DNA of 33,078 nt from a virus. Its lineage: Duplodnaviria > Caudoviricetes. The notes beneath the pieces are model-generated. The model made no database searches. It saw only the letters and a list, made by a program, of their open reading frames with translations, and was not told the DNA's origin. Below, in pieces: positions 24,373-33,078 of the stretch. The stretch covers positions 1 through 33,078 of the IMG/VR virus record IMGVR_UViG_3300022895_000019, one strand, 5' to 3'. The first letter of the stretch is position 1. Every line of letters begins with the position of its first letter. A program made the translations under genes and the position numbers.

Positions 24373-24617
24373 AGAACGGGAGCTACGTCGACCGGATGTT
24401 CTCCGTCGCCGTAGGTTGGCTGGGCTGGTCGCCCCAGGTTGCCTGGACCACGCCGCTTCCCGAGCTGTTTTTGGCCATGGATGCCAAGGTCGAGTGGGCC
24501 CGCATGACGCATCCATTTGCTGTCAGCTCGAAACCGGAGGGGCAAGGATCGAAGTCGAAGTCTTCGAATGTCGCCGAGAAAATTCGGCAGGCGTTGTCTG
24601 GCCGAAGGGCACAGTGA
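24336..24617 (+). CDS. Tail assembly chaperone gpT-like portion, expressed by -1 frameshift
   Basis: The -1 frame is open from GGGAAAG (24336-24342) through LGWSP..AW.T...EL to 24617. Confidence 0.8.
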   Translation, partial: GKAAGTDGVSAVENGSYVDRMFSVAVGWLGWSPQVAWTTPLPELFLAMDAKVEWARMTHPFAVSSKPEGQGSKSKSSNVAEKIRQALSGRRAQ

Positions 24618-24650
24618 CGTTTTTGCCCATCTTCACCTGTGACGACATTT

Positions 24651-24679
24651 TTGTTGGCGTTGATCATCGATGGTAGATT
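24651..24679 (+). promoter_or_regulatory. Moron promoter
   Basis: TTGTTG-17-TAGATT with an extended -10 TG. Confidence 0.5.
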
Positions 24680-24703
24680 TGCGCCAACCACAGGGAGAGC
24701 CGC

Positions 24704-25183
24704 ATGAAACGTGTAATGTTGGTAATGGCAATGGGAGTTGGAGTCCTTTCTGGATGTAAGTCGCCTGAGGACAAGATGGTCTCGGTTTGCACAGATATTG
24801 CAAAAATGTCTGTCGCTGATCCTTCTTCATTGGTGGTTAATTCCGGGTCTGTTGTTCAGGCCATCCCTACAAAAGAAAGTTTGCTTAGGTTCGCCTCATT
24901 GGATTTCGATGGTGAGCTAACTGGCGCTAGTAAGGATTGGTACGATATTCAAGTAAAAGAACTTGATAAGCTTAAAGAAAGCTATGCGAGTATTGATTAT
25001 ACGGATAAGTCTTCTTTGGCTCGAAGGGGGCAGGCAATTTGTTGGTTTATGGATAGGGGGAAAGGACCTGTTCTAGGCTCCGTATCAGTTGCCGGGAAAA
25101 GCTATTCGGGTACCGATTTGTTAATGGTTTTTGTCAGCAATTCAAGGCCTAAGTATTTGAGCTCGTCTAACGCGATCGAATAG
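24704..25183 (+). CDS. Lipoprotein moron
   Basis: Signal peptide MKR-hydrophobic-LSGC lipobox; markedly AT-rich; own promoter and terminator. Confidence 0.85.
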   Translation: MKRVMLVMAMGVGVLSGCKSPEDKMVSVCTDIAKMSVADPSSLVVNSGSVVQAIPTKESLLRFASLDFDGELTGASKDWYDIQVKELDKLKESYASIDYTDKSSLARRGQAICWFMDRGKGPVLGSVSVAGKSYSGTDLLMVFVSNSRPKYLSSSNAIE

Positions 25184-25219
25184 CCAGACGCGCATTAATT
25201 TTTAAGCCGATCTGTATAC

Positions 25220-25241
25220 AGCCCGCTAGCGCGGGCTTTTT
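25220..25241 (+). terminator. Moron terminator
   Basis: AGCCCGC-TAGC-GCGGGCT followed by TTTT. Confidence 0.8.
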
Positions 25242-25253
25242 GTTGAGGCAAAT

Positions 25254-28200
25254 ATGGCTGAAACCGATATTCAGGGTATGCTGGTCAGGATTGAGGCAAC
25301 CACGGCTCAGCTCCGGCAAGAGATGGCTCGCGCTGAGTCCAGCGTGTCCCAAACCAGTGGGAAAATCGACAGCAGCCTAAAGCAGGTGGATGAAGCGTTC
25401 GATAGGGTTGAGGCCAATTCGATTGCTCTGCGGGAGGGGGTGGGGCGTGCCTTCAATGGCATTGGACTCGCCGCCGCGGGTGCTGTTGCTGGCTTGGTGG
25501 CGTTGACCACATCCACTCTTAGCTATGCCCAAGAAGTTCAGAATCTCGCCAGTCTCTCCAACACTTCTGTCGAGGACTTCCAGCGTCTCGCAGTAGGCGC
25601 GAAGACCGTAGGTGTCGAACAGGAAAAGCTCGCTGACATTTACAAGGACACTACTGATCGCGTCGGGGAGTTTATTTCTCGTGGCGGCGGGGAACTGCAA
25701 GACTTCTTCAAGGAGATCGCCCCGCAGGTGGGGGTGACTGTTGAGAGTTTCAAAAACCTCTCCGGCCCTGAGGCCCTGCAGCTGTATTACACGTCGCTGG
25801 AAAAGGCGGGGGCCAGCCAGCAGCAGATCACCAGCTACATGGAGCAGATGGCCGACGAGGCGACTGCTCTTGTTCCACTGCTCAAAAACTCCGGCCAAGG
25901 CTTCAAGGATGCTGGTGAACATGCGGACGAAACTGGCGCAATCATCTCTGCTTTCGACATTGGCCAGATGGTGAAGCTGAACAAGTCCGTTCATGACTTA
26001 GAAAATTCATGGAGCGGCGCGAGCCATCAGTTGGTTGCAGGACTTGTTCCAGGCATTGAAAGTGTAACCAGCATGCTCCAGGGCATGACAGACAATGGCA
26101 CTTCTAAAGCTTTAGGCCAAGCCATCGCGTTCCTTGCTGACAACGTGAACATCCTGCTTGGCGTGATCGGTACAAAGCTGACTGCAAGCTTTATCGGCTA
26201 TGTAGCTGCGCTGGGCAAGGGTATCTACTCAACGGTTGAGGCTACTCGAGCGACAAATGCCCAGGCTCAAGCCGCGCTCATGGCGGCCAAAGCTGATCAG
26301 ATCGCAGCAGCTTCGGCGGTAGCCCGCGCACAGAAGGAGGCTGATGCTGCTCGGGGGACCGCCGTTCAGACGGCGTTGTCTCTTGAGCTCGCGCAGGCCA
26401 GGATGGCAGAAACAGCAGCGACTGCCCGCCTTGGTGCGGCCCAAGCAGCAGTGAAAGCTTCGTCGGGCGTGCTAATGACCGTTCTCGGTGGTCCCGCAGG
26501 CCTAGCTGCTTTGGCTGTCGGCGCCGGTATCGCCTTCCTGACCATGGGCAGCAATGCCCAGTCGGCTGGGGCAGATCTCGATGACCTGAAAAGGCCAATC
26601 GAGGAACTGCGCAAGGCATTTCGAGAGTTGGACAAGGATCAGCGCGGAGCTGCGCTGGTCGGCGCAATGCGCTTGCAGGAACAAGCAGCCGCCGATGCCG
26701 ATAAGTCCTACCAGGACTTTCTCATCACGGTAAAGAGGGGTGTGGGATCAACAGTCGCCGCTCGTATTTCCGGCGAGGCAGACGAAGCACGAAAGGCTGG
26801 AAAGGGCCTCTCCGAGTGGCTGGATGATCTCGGTAAGCGCTTCAACATCCCGCAAGAAGCGATGCGCAGCATGCGCGAAGCTGCTGGCAGTTATTCGACC
26901 CTGAGCCAGAGCGCGCGCAAAGCTGGTGAGCGTGTTTCGCTTTACAACAAAGAGATGGACAGCAAGGCCGAGTCAACCAATGGCGCCGGTGGTGCTGACG
27001 CCAAGGCTACATCGGCCGGCCAGACTTACCTGGACACGCTGGACAAGCAGCTGGCCACCCTGAAGGACAAGACGGCCGCCGAGGCCGCAGAGCGCTTCAT
27101 TACGGACAACAAGATCAAGTCCGAGAGTGACTTGGCCAAGCAGATCCGAGATCGTGCCAAGGCGGTGGATGCTCAAAAGGAGGCCGATAAGGCTGCTAAG
27201 GCTGAAACAAAAGACGGAGCGTCCGCGCATTCGAAGTTGAACCAGCAGTTGAAAGAGGCGGAGACGGCCTATCAGCAACTGAAGAGAGCCTACGATCCTG
27301 TTGGGGCAGCTTCTGACGAATTTCAGAAGCAGACGAAGAATCTCGACCTGTTGCTAGCGCAGAAAAGGATCACCACTGAGGAATACGGCAAGGCTATAGG
27401 CGGCCTCGCTGAGCAGTTCAACAGCGCTGTTCAGGCATCCACTGGCCTTACGCAGGCCATGAAGTACCAGGCTGATCTCGAGCGTCAGCTGGCAATCGCT
27501 CGGCAGCAGGCCGACGCTGCAGCTGATGCGGTGGGCATGGGTGACAAGGCGGCGGATCGAGCCCAGGCCCGCCTGGCGCTGGAGCAGGACAACAACAATA
27601 AAATTCTGGCCCTGCGGGATGAGTTGGCCACCGCATCCACCGAGAAGCAGCGTCAGGAGCTGGAGAAGCAGATTGCTCTCCGACAAGAGTATGGAGACAA
27701 GCTGGTGCAGGCGCAGCAGGATGGATTCAGGAAGATCGATGCCGCGCAGGCTGAGTGGAGCAACGGAGCTACTTCGGCATGGGCCAACTACCGCGACAGC
27801 GCTGCTGACGTTGCCGGCCAGACCCGTGACCTGTTTAGCAACATGTTCAGCGGTGCTGAGGATGCGCTCACGCAGTTTGTGAAGACCGGAAAAATGTCGT
27901 TCAAGGACTTCGCCGACTCCGTAATCGAGGACCTGATCCGCATCCAGGTACGAAAGGCCATGGTGGGCTTTCTGGGTACCGCCTTCAGCTTCCTCGGCGG
28001 CGGCAGTGCAGCGCTGGGGGAGGGGAGCATGACAGGGTTCAGCGAGGTCATTCCCAACGCTAAAGGCGGGGTATATGACTCACCCAGCTTGTCCTCGTTC
28101 TCCAACCAAGTGCACGACAGCCCGCAGATGTTCGCCTTTGCAAAGGGCGCTGGCATATTCGCCGAGGCCGGGCCGGAGGCAATCATGCCGCTGGCGCGCG

Positions 28201-28433
28201 GGCCGGACGGCTCACTTGGCGTGGTGGCGATGAATTCCGGCGGTGACAGCGGAGCATCGTCGTTTTCCTTCGGCGACATCACTCAGCACTTCCACTTCAG
28301 TGGTGGGGCTGGCTCGCTTTCCAAGGAAGACATCCGCCAGGCGGCACAGGACGGCGCAAAGGGTGGTTACGAGCTGATGCTGCGAGACTTCAAGACCAAC
28401 GGCGCCGGGCGGCAGATGCTGCAGCGGCGGTAA
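25254..28433 (+). CDS. Tail tape measure protein
   Basis: 1059 aa, Ala-rich and helical; lambda-H-like C-terminus (FVKTGK.SFKDFA.S.I.DL.RI, AEAGPEAIMPL). Confidence 0.95.
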   Translation: MAETDIQGMLVRIEATTAQLRQEMARAESSVSQTSGKIDSSLKQVDEAFDRVEANSIALREGVGRAFNGIGLAAAGAVAGLVALTTSTLSYAQEVQNLASLSNTSVEDFQRLAVGAKTVGVEQEKLADIYKDTTDRVGEFISRGGGELQDFFKEIAPQVGVTVESFKNLSGPEALQLYYTSLEKAGASQQQITSYMEQMADEATALVPLLKNSGQGFKDAGEHADETGAIISAFDIGQMVKLNKSVHDLENSWSGASHQLVAGLVPGIESVTSMLQGMTDNGTSKALGQAIAFLADNVNILLGVIGTKLTASFIGYVAALGKGIYSTVEATRATNAQAQAALMAAKADQIAAASAVARAQKEADAARGTAVQTALSLELAQARMAETAATARLGAAQAAVKASSGVLMTVLGGPAGLAALAVGAGIAFLTMGSNAQSAGADLDDLKRPIEELRKAFRELDKDQRGAALVGAMRLQEQAAADADKSYQDFLITVKRGVGSTVAARISGEADEARKAGKGLSEWLDDLGKRFNIPQEAMRSMREAAGSYSTLSQSARKAGERVSLYNKEMDSKAESTNGAGGADAKATSAGQTYLDTLDKQLATLKDKTAAEAAERFITDNKIKSESDLAKQIRDRAKAVDAQKEADKAAKAETKDGASAHSKLNQQLKEAETAYQQLKRAYDPVGAASDEFQKQTKNLDLLLAQKRITTEEYGKAIGGLAEQFNSAVQASTGLTQAMKYQADLERQLAIARQQADAAADAVGMGDKAADRAQARLALEQDNNNKILALRDELATASTEKQRQELEKQIALRQEYGDKLVQAQQDGFRKIDAAQAEWSNGATSAWANYRDSAADVAGQTRDLFSNMFSGAEDALTQFVKTGKMSFKDFADSVIEDLIRIQVRKAMVGFLGTAFSFLGGGSAALGEGSMTGFSEVIPNAKGGVYDSPSLSSFSNQVHDSPQMFAFAKGAGIFAEAGPEAIMPLARGPDGSLGVVAMNSGGDSGASSFSFGDITQHFHFSGGAGSLSKEDIRQAAQDGAKGGYELMLRDFKTNGAGRQMLQRR

Positions 28434-28442
28434 CCATGCTAG

Positions 28443-28467
28443 GCCCGCTTCGGCGGGCTTTCTTTTT
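28443..28467 (+). terminator. Terminator after TMP
   Basis: GCCCGC-TTCG-GCGGGC followed by TTTCTTTTT. Confidence 0.8.
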
Positions 28468-28478
28468 GGAGTGACCCA

Positions 28479-29063
28479 ATGGCGGAGGAATGGCCGGAGG
28501 ACCTGGAACCCACCGAGGTCACCTGGGGCGTCGTCTACAACAACCGGGGGTTCACTTCCTCGCTGTCGAACGCCCAGCAGATCGTGGCGCAGCCTGGTTC
28601 GTACTGGAAGTGCACCATGACGTTCGGCGTGCTGTATGAGGAGGATGAGCGCGAGTTGACCTCGCTGCTGGGTCGCCTACACGGCATGTTCGGCACGGTG
28701 AATATTCCGTATCTCACCCGGGCCCGCACGGACAACATCGGCGCACCGACTGTGGCAGTCGCCAATGCCCAGGCGAGCGTCATGCAGCTGCAGGGCATGC
28801 TGGCCAGCCGCAGGGTGTTCAGCCGTGGCGACCTCATCACCATCAGCGGCGAGATGTTTGAAGTGGTCGAAAACGCCTCATCTGACGCTGCCGGCAAGGC
28901 GCTGATTACGGTGAACAAGCGGATTCGCAAAGTGATCCCGGCTGGTAGACCGGTCGAGTACCAGAACCCCTACTGCGAGATGCGCCGCGTGGACGACACC
29001 AACGAGTGGACAACCCAGCCGGTGGTGTCGAACTCAACCCTTCAATTCCGCGAGGCATTCTGA
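28479..29063 (+). CDS. Distal tail protein-like
   Basis: Follows TMP; WP..L.P, F.S.LS...Q...PG.YW, C-terminal F.EAF. Confidence 0.75.
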   Translation: MAEEWPEDLEPTEVTWGVVYNNRGFTSSLSNAQQIVAQPGSYWKCTMTFGVLYEEDERELTSLLGRLHGMFGTVNIPYLTRARTDNIGAPTVAVANAQASVMQLQGMLASRRVFSRGDLITISGEMFEVVENASSDAAGKALITVNKRIRKVIPAGRPVEYQNPYCEMRRVDDTNEWTTQPVVSNSTLQFREAF

Positions 29064-29668
29064 TGGCCAATGGCGTATTCCCATTCAGCCAAACCGTCGT
29101 CGACATCATCGCCAAAGGCAACTTCATGGCGGTCTACGCCTGCCAGCTCGACTTCCCCGACGGCATGGTCTTCGCGCACACCGGTACCGGTGACCTGGTA
29201 ATCGACGGTATCACCTACCAGGGCGTCGGCAGCTTCGGTGCGGTAGGCCAGTCGCAGGAAAGCAGCAACTCGGGCTCGCCCATGTCCGTGGATCTGACGC
29301 TTAACGGCCTGGACAGGCAGATCATCACCGAAACGTCGCTCAAGGGCTGCCGGGGGCGCAACGGCAAGCTCATGTTTGTCGTGTTCGACCAGGACGGTAC
29401 CTATGCCGCCGACATTCTGTTCAGCGGCCGCATGGATGCCGCCAGGTTCGCCTACGCGGGCAACGGCGAGGAGGGCAACAGCATCACGGTTCCTCTCATC
29501 GACCGCATGGCCGAATGGAACCGGACCGGTACCGAGCGCTGGACCGACGAGAACCACCGTGCGCGCCGGCAGGACGACCGCTTCTTCTTCGCCATCGCGC
29601 AGATTGCCGACTGGCCAATTTACTGGGGCGCCTCCAAGGACGCGCCGAAGTTCACCTACGAGACATAA
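29063..29668 (+). CDS. Minor tail (tip) protein
   Basis: TGTG.L..DG.TY.GVG, LFSGRMD, RWTDE...R..DD.FF; TGATG overlap. Confidence 0.78.
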   Translation: MANGVFPFSQTVVDIIAKGNFMAVYACQLDFPDGMVFAHTGTGDLVIDGITYQGVGSFGAVGQSQESSNSGSPMSVDLTLNGLDRQIITETSLKGCRGRNGKLMFVVFDQDGTYAADILFSGRMDAARFAYAGNGEEGNSITVPLIDRMAEWNRTGTERWTDENHRARRQDDRFFFAIAQIADWPIYWGASKDAPKFTYET

Positions 29669-29670
29669 CC

Positions 29671-30069
29671 ATGCGAAAGCGCGATTGGACGACACAGCTT
29701 GCCAACACGATCAAGGCCGCCATCGAGCGGCCTTTTTCATGGGGCGAGTTTGACTGCTGCCTGTTTGCGGCCGACTGCGCAATCGCGGTGTGCAGTGTCG
29801 ATCCTGCCGAGGCCTACCGGGGTAACTACTCATCCGAGGCTGGCGCTAAGCGCTTGCTCAAGAAGGTGCACGGCTCGCTGGAGGGTGCATGGGACGCCTG
29901 CTTTGCGCGGGTGCAGCCAGGCCTGATCCAGAGGGGCGATGTTGCACTGTATGACGGACCTAACGGCCGGGGCGTGGCGGTGTTCTGGGCAGATGAATTC
30001 TGGTCGGTATCCCCCGATGGGGTGTGCCGTATCGAGTGTGAGCCGTTGACGGTGTGGAGAGTTGAATGA
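29671..30069 (+). CDS. NlpC/P60-like tail assembly protein
   Basis: PFSWGEFDCCLFAADC...DPA..YRG, RGDV. Confidence 0.78.
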   Translation: MRKRDWTTQLANTIKAAIERPFSWGEFDCCLFAADCAIAVCSVDPAEAYRGNYSSEAGAKRLLKKVHGSLEGAWDACFARVQPGLIQRGDVALYDGPNGRGVAVFWADEFWSVSPDGVCRIECEPLTVWRVE

Positions 30070-33000
30070 GTTCAGCAGTCAGCAAGATTGCCCAGATCGC
30101 TGTGGGCGCGGTCATTGGCTTCGCTCAGGGCGGTCCGTGGGGGGCACTCGCAGGTGCAGCACTGGCGTTCTACGTCTCGTCACAGCAGGACAATCTCGAC
30201 ACCGGGTCGCTGCGCACCAATGAACCCTCCAGCCAAACCCTACGCTCGTCGAAGGCGGCTGCCCGCTATGTGCTGGGACGTGTCAGCACCGGGGGTGTTT
30301 TGGCCTGGGGGCAGGAGCAAGCCGGGGATCAGCGAGACGGCGAATGGCTGCACATGGTTTATGTGCTGTCGGAGGGGGAGGTCGATGCGCTGGAGGAAAT
30401 CTTCCTGGGCGAGGAGGTCATCCAGACTTACGGTGAATACGCTAGCTACGAACTGGTCAGCAACCCGACTCAGGTGAACACCTTCCTGAAGGCCAACAGC
30501 CCGGACTGGCGTGACACCCAGATCGGCCGTGGCCTGTCATTTGTGCGCGTGTCGTTCAAGTACAGCGCCGAGAAGTACCCCTCGGGCATTCCGGACGTTC
30601 GCTTCGTGCTCCGTGGGCGGCGGGACATCTACGACCCCCGCACCCGCGCCACGGGCTACAGCGAAAATACCGCGCTGCATATCCTCTGGTTCCTGCGCAA
30701 CCGGTGTGGCGTGCCGGATGATGAGATCGTGTTTTCCAGCTTCGCCAACAGTGCCAGTGTGTGCGACGAGATGTTGGCCAACGCCGACGGTAGCACCTCG
30801 GCGCGGTACCGGTCGGGCTGTGTCATCGGCGCCGATGAGTCGCGCACTCAGGTGATGCAGAAGCTGGAAGCGGCTTGCGGCGGCAAGCTGATTCGCGTTG
30901 GCGGCCGTTGGATGCTGCAGGTCGGCGCCTACTATGGCCCGTACGACTTCGAAATCACCGAAGACATGGTAGTCGGCACCGTTACCGGTAGCACAGAACC
31001 GGCCAACGACTCGGCGATCAACACCGTGCGCGGTACCTTCCTTGACCCGTCGCAGGCCTGGGCTGAGACCGACTACCCCGAGGTGTCGGTCAGCGAGTGG
31101 GTGGTGGCCGACGGCGGCGAGGCGGCGGAAACCCTGTCGTTCTCCTACGTCAGCAACCCGTATCAGGCCCAGCGCCTGGCCAACATCGAGCTGCGTCGCC
31201 GGCGCGCGGGTGGCACCTTGTCGATCCCCATGAACTTCATGGGTTACAACTGCCGTCCAGGCCGCTCGGTGAAGGTCAGCCTGCCGTCGCTGAACATCGT
31301 CGGCGAATTCATCGTCACCGACTGGTCGATGAGTGCAGACAGCGGATGCAACGTGTCGGTGGCGCAGAACGAGCCGGCGATCTTCGACGACGCCGTGGGC
31401 CAGCCGTACAACCCGATCGGCTTCATCAGCATGCCAACCGGTGGCCTGGGAAGTCCTACCGGGCTGACCTGGTCGACGGAGGACAACGCCGAGGTCGTGC
31501 AAGGCACCTTGTCTTGGCTGCCGCCGTACGGTGTGGTCACCGGCTACGCCGTCACCGTGCGCCAGGGCTCGGCCGCAGTGCAGGCGCAGCAGGTCCCAGC
31601 TACGACGCTCAAGCTTCCATTGTCTGGGCTCCCGTCCGGCAACTACACCATGAGCGTGGCTGCCATGGGCCCACTGACCCGCTCAGGCGAGGCGAGCATC
31701 ACGGTCAACATCGACGGGCCGCCGGTACCGGAGGCGTGTGTGGTGCAGGCCACCATCGACACCATCACGCTGTACCCGAGCAACACGCTGCACGGCCTGA
31801 ATGGCGGCACCTACGAGTACTTCTATTCAACCGATCCGCAGGCCACCCAGGGCGAATATCTGGGACAGGGTCTGACGCTGAGCCACACAGGCCTGGCCTT
31901 TGCGACCAATTACGCCTACTTCATCCGCTCCAAGAACGCCTACGGCGTCAGCGCCTTCTTGAAGGTGGTGGCCTCCACGTCGACCGATGTGAAGACCATG
32001 CTCGATGCGCTCAAGGACAAGGTCGAAGGTGGCCAGTTGGCCCCGGCCCTACGCCAAGAGATTTCGTTGATCTCGGGCCCGCCTACTCAGGTCGGCTCGG
32101 TTGCCCAGCGGATCGCTGTTGAAGCAACAGCGCGCGGGCAGCAGATTGCAGCCGAGGCGACGGCTCGCGGCCAGGCCATTGCGGCTGAAACATCGGCCCG
32201 TAACCAGGCGATCGCAGCGGAGGTGGTGGACCGCAACAAGGCGATCGCCGTCGAAACTCAGGCGCGCACCAAGGCGATCAGCGATGAGTCCGCTGCCCGT
32301 GCCCAAGGGTTGCTGGCCGAGGCCCAGGCGCGCGGCGCGGCGATCACCAGCGAAGCGCAGGCCCGTCAGTCGGCTGACAGCGCACTTGGCCAGCGCATCG
32401 ATACAGTCACCGCATCGACCGGTAACAACGCCTCGGCCATTCAGACCGAGATCACTGCTCGCACAAATGCGGACAATGCCCTTGGCCAGCGGATCGACAC
32501 CGTGGCTGCCAGCACTGCATCGAACTCGGCCGCGATCGGTAACGAGGTTACGGCCCGGACGACCGCCGACACTGCCCTGGCTTCACAGATCGCCACTCTG
32601 CGCGCCGAGTCGGGCGGGTTCGACTCGACACTGAATTACGGCTTTGCCTCGACCGTTGAGGGCTGGTCTGGCACTCGCTGCACGCTCACCGTCGAGAATG
32701 GTCGGCTGATCGTGACCAACGACAGCGCTGGGGCTTACCTCAATTCGCCGCTGGTGGCGATCAAGGGGCGTGACCATGACCGCATCCGCTGCCGGATCAC
32801 CCGGCGTGCGGGTACCGGTTGGACTGGCCAGGTGTCCTACACCACGGCGGCGCACGGCTCTTCGACCGCCTACAACAAGGTGCTGCCGAATCCGGGACTG
32901 GCGGTGGGCCAGTCCACGGTGCTCGAGTGGGACATGTCGCAGCTGACCAATGGCGGCAGCGACTGGTCGGACAGCACGATCACCAGGTTCTACCTGTGGA

Positions 33001-33078
33001 TCAGCGGCACTGCGGGTGATGCCTTCGAAATCGACTGGATCGCTGTTGGCCAGATCGCGCCGTCGGCGTCGGTCGCTT
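30066..33078 (+). CDS. Tail tip/host-specificity protein (gpJ-like), truncated by the window end
   Basis: ATGA overlap. Segments translated by eye read MSSAVSKIAQ..., YPSGIP...G..IYDPR, FN3-like stretches and coiled-coil repeats; no stop seen, consistent with its absence from the ORF track. Confidence 0.9.
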   Translation, partial: MSSAVSKIAQIAVGAVIGFAQGGPWGALAGAALAFYVSSQQDNLDTGSLRTNEPSSQTLRSSKAAARYVLGRVSTGGVLAWGQEQAGDQRDGEWLHMVYVLSEGEVDALEEIFLGEEVIQTYGEYASYELVSNPTQVNTFLKANSPDWRDTQIGRGLSFVRVSFKYSAEKYPSGIPDVRFVLRGRRDIYDPRTRATGYSENTALHILWFLRNRCGVPDDEIVFSSFANSASVCDEMLANADGSTSARYRSGCVIGADESRTQVMQKLEAACGGKLIRVGGRWMLQVGAYYGPYDFEITEDMVVGTVTGSTEPANDSAINTVRGTFLDPSQAWAETDYPEVSVSEWVVADGGEAAETLSFSYVSNPYQAQRLANIELRRRRAGGTLSIPMNFMGYNCRPGRSVKVSLPSLNIVGEFIVTDWSMSADSGCNVSVAQNEPAIFDDAVGQPYNPIGFISMPTGGLGSPTGLTWSTEDNAEVVQGTLSWLPPYGVVTGYAVTVRQGSAAVQAQQVPATTLKLPLSGLPSGNYTMSVAAMGPLTRSGEASITVNIDGPPVPEACVVQATIDTITLYPSNTLHGLNGGTYEYFYSTDPQATQGEYLGQGLTLSHTGLAFATNYAYFIRSKNAYGVSAFLKVVASTSTDVKTMLDALKDKVEGGQLAPALRQEISLISGPPTQVGSVAQRIAVEATARGQQIAAEATARGQAIAAETSARNQAIAAEVVDRNKAIAVETQARTKAISDESAARAQGLLAEAQARGAAITSEAQARQSADSALGQRIDTVTASTGNNASAIQTEITARTNADNALGQRIDTVAASTASNSAAIGNEVTARTTADTALASQIATLRAESGGFDSTLNYGFASTVEGWSGTRCTLTVENGRLIVTNDSAGAYLNSPLVAIKGRDHDRIRCRITRRAGTGWTGQVSYTTAAHGSSTAYNKVLPNPGLAVGQSTVLEWDMSQLTNGGSDWSDSTITRFYLWISGTAGDAFEIDWIAVGQIAPSASVA
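32112..32600 (+). repeat. Coding tandem repeats in the tail tip (8 x 33 nt, then 96-nt units)
   Basis: IAxExxARxxA eight times (32112-32375), then DxALGQRIDTV...ARTxA units (CTTGGCCAGCG at 32385 and 32481). Confidence 0.85.

Larger units (their letters stand above)
100..33078 (+). mobile_element. Lambdoid (HK97-like head, siphoviral tail) prophage, left portion; the att core probably overlaps the tRNA 3' end
   Basis: Integrase directly after the tRNA, then immunity, replication, packaging, head and tail modules in lambdoid order. The left boundary is approximate because attR is outside the window. Confidence 0.95.

Noticed and set aside
25211-25221. CTGTATACAG palindrome as an SOS box
   Set aside because: The half-sites are too close together for LexA.
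170-33078. CRISPR array, diversity-generating retroelement, IS element or invertible cassette
   Set aside because: No repeat-spacer array, reverse transcriptase, transposase or serine invertase seen; the repeats found are explained as arm sites, operators, iterons or coding repeats.

Overview
The window is the left ~33 kb of a lambdoid, HK97-like siphoviral prophage integrated at the 3' end of a tRNA-Ser(CGA) gene. The host is probably Pseudomonas, inferred from the tRNA sequence, codon style and AmrZ/RsmA-like genes. Gene order is tRNA/attL, tyrosine integrase, an AT-richer two-gene moron with an upstream structured element, then a leftward early operon (xis-like, AmrZ/Arc-like, CsrA/RsmA, LuxR-HTH). 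Next come the cI/cro switch with five 15-bp operators, KilA-N and Bro-N proteins, and a replication module (initiator with iterons, DnaC-like loader, DnaB). These are followed by a second intact tyrosine recombinase, Q, a reverse-oriented hicAB, holin-like genes and HNH. The structural block has terminase, portal, protease, capsid, head-tail and tail genes with a GGGAAAG -1 frameshift, a lipoprotein moron, tape measure and a tail-tip gene that runs off the window. The most notable points are: (1) an unassigned 108 aa + 44 aa operon with its own promoter, preceded by a candidate GGA-loop RNA; (2) a CI repressor that appears to have lost its autocleavage residues; (3) a second recombinase with att-like DNA inside its own 3' end; (4) tandem mimics of the host regulators RsmA and AmrZ. 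All calls come from reading the sequence by eye; no database searches were run.
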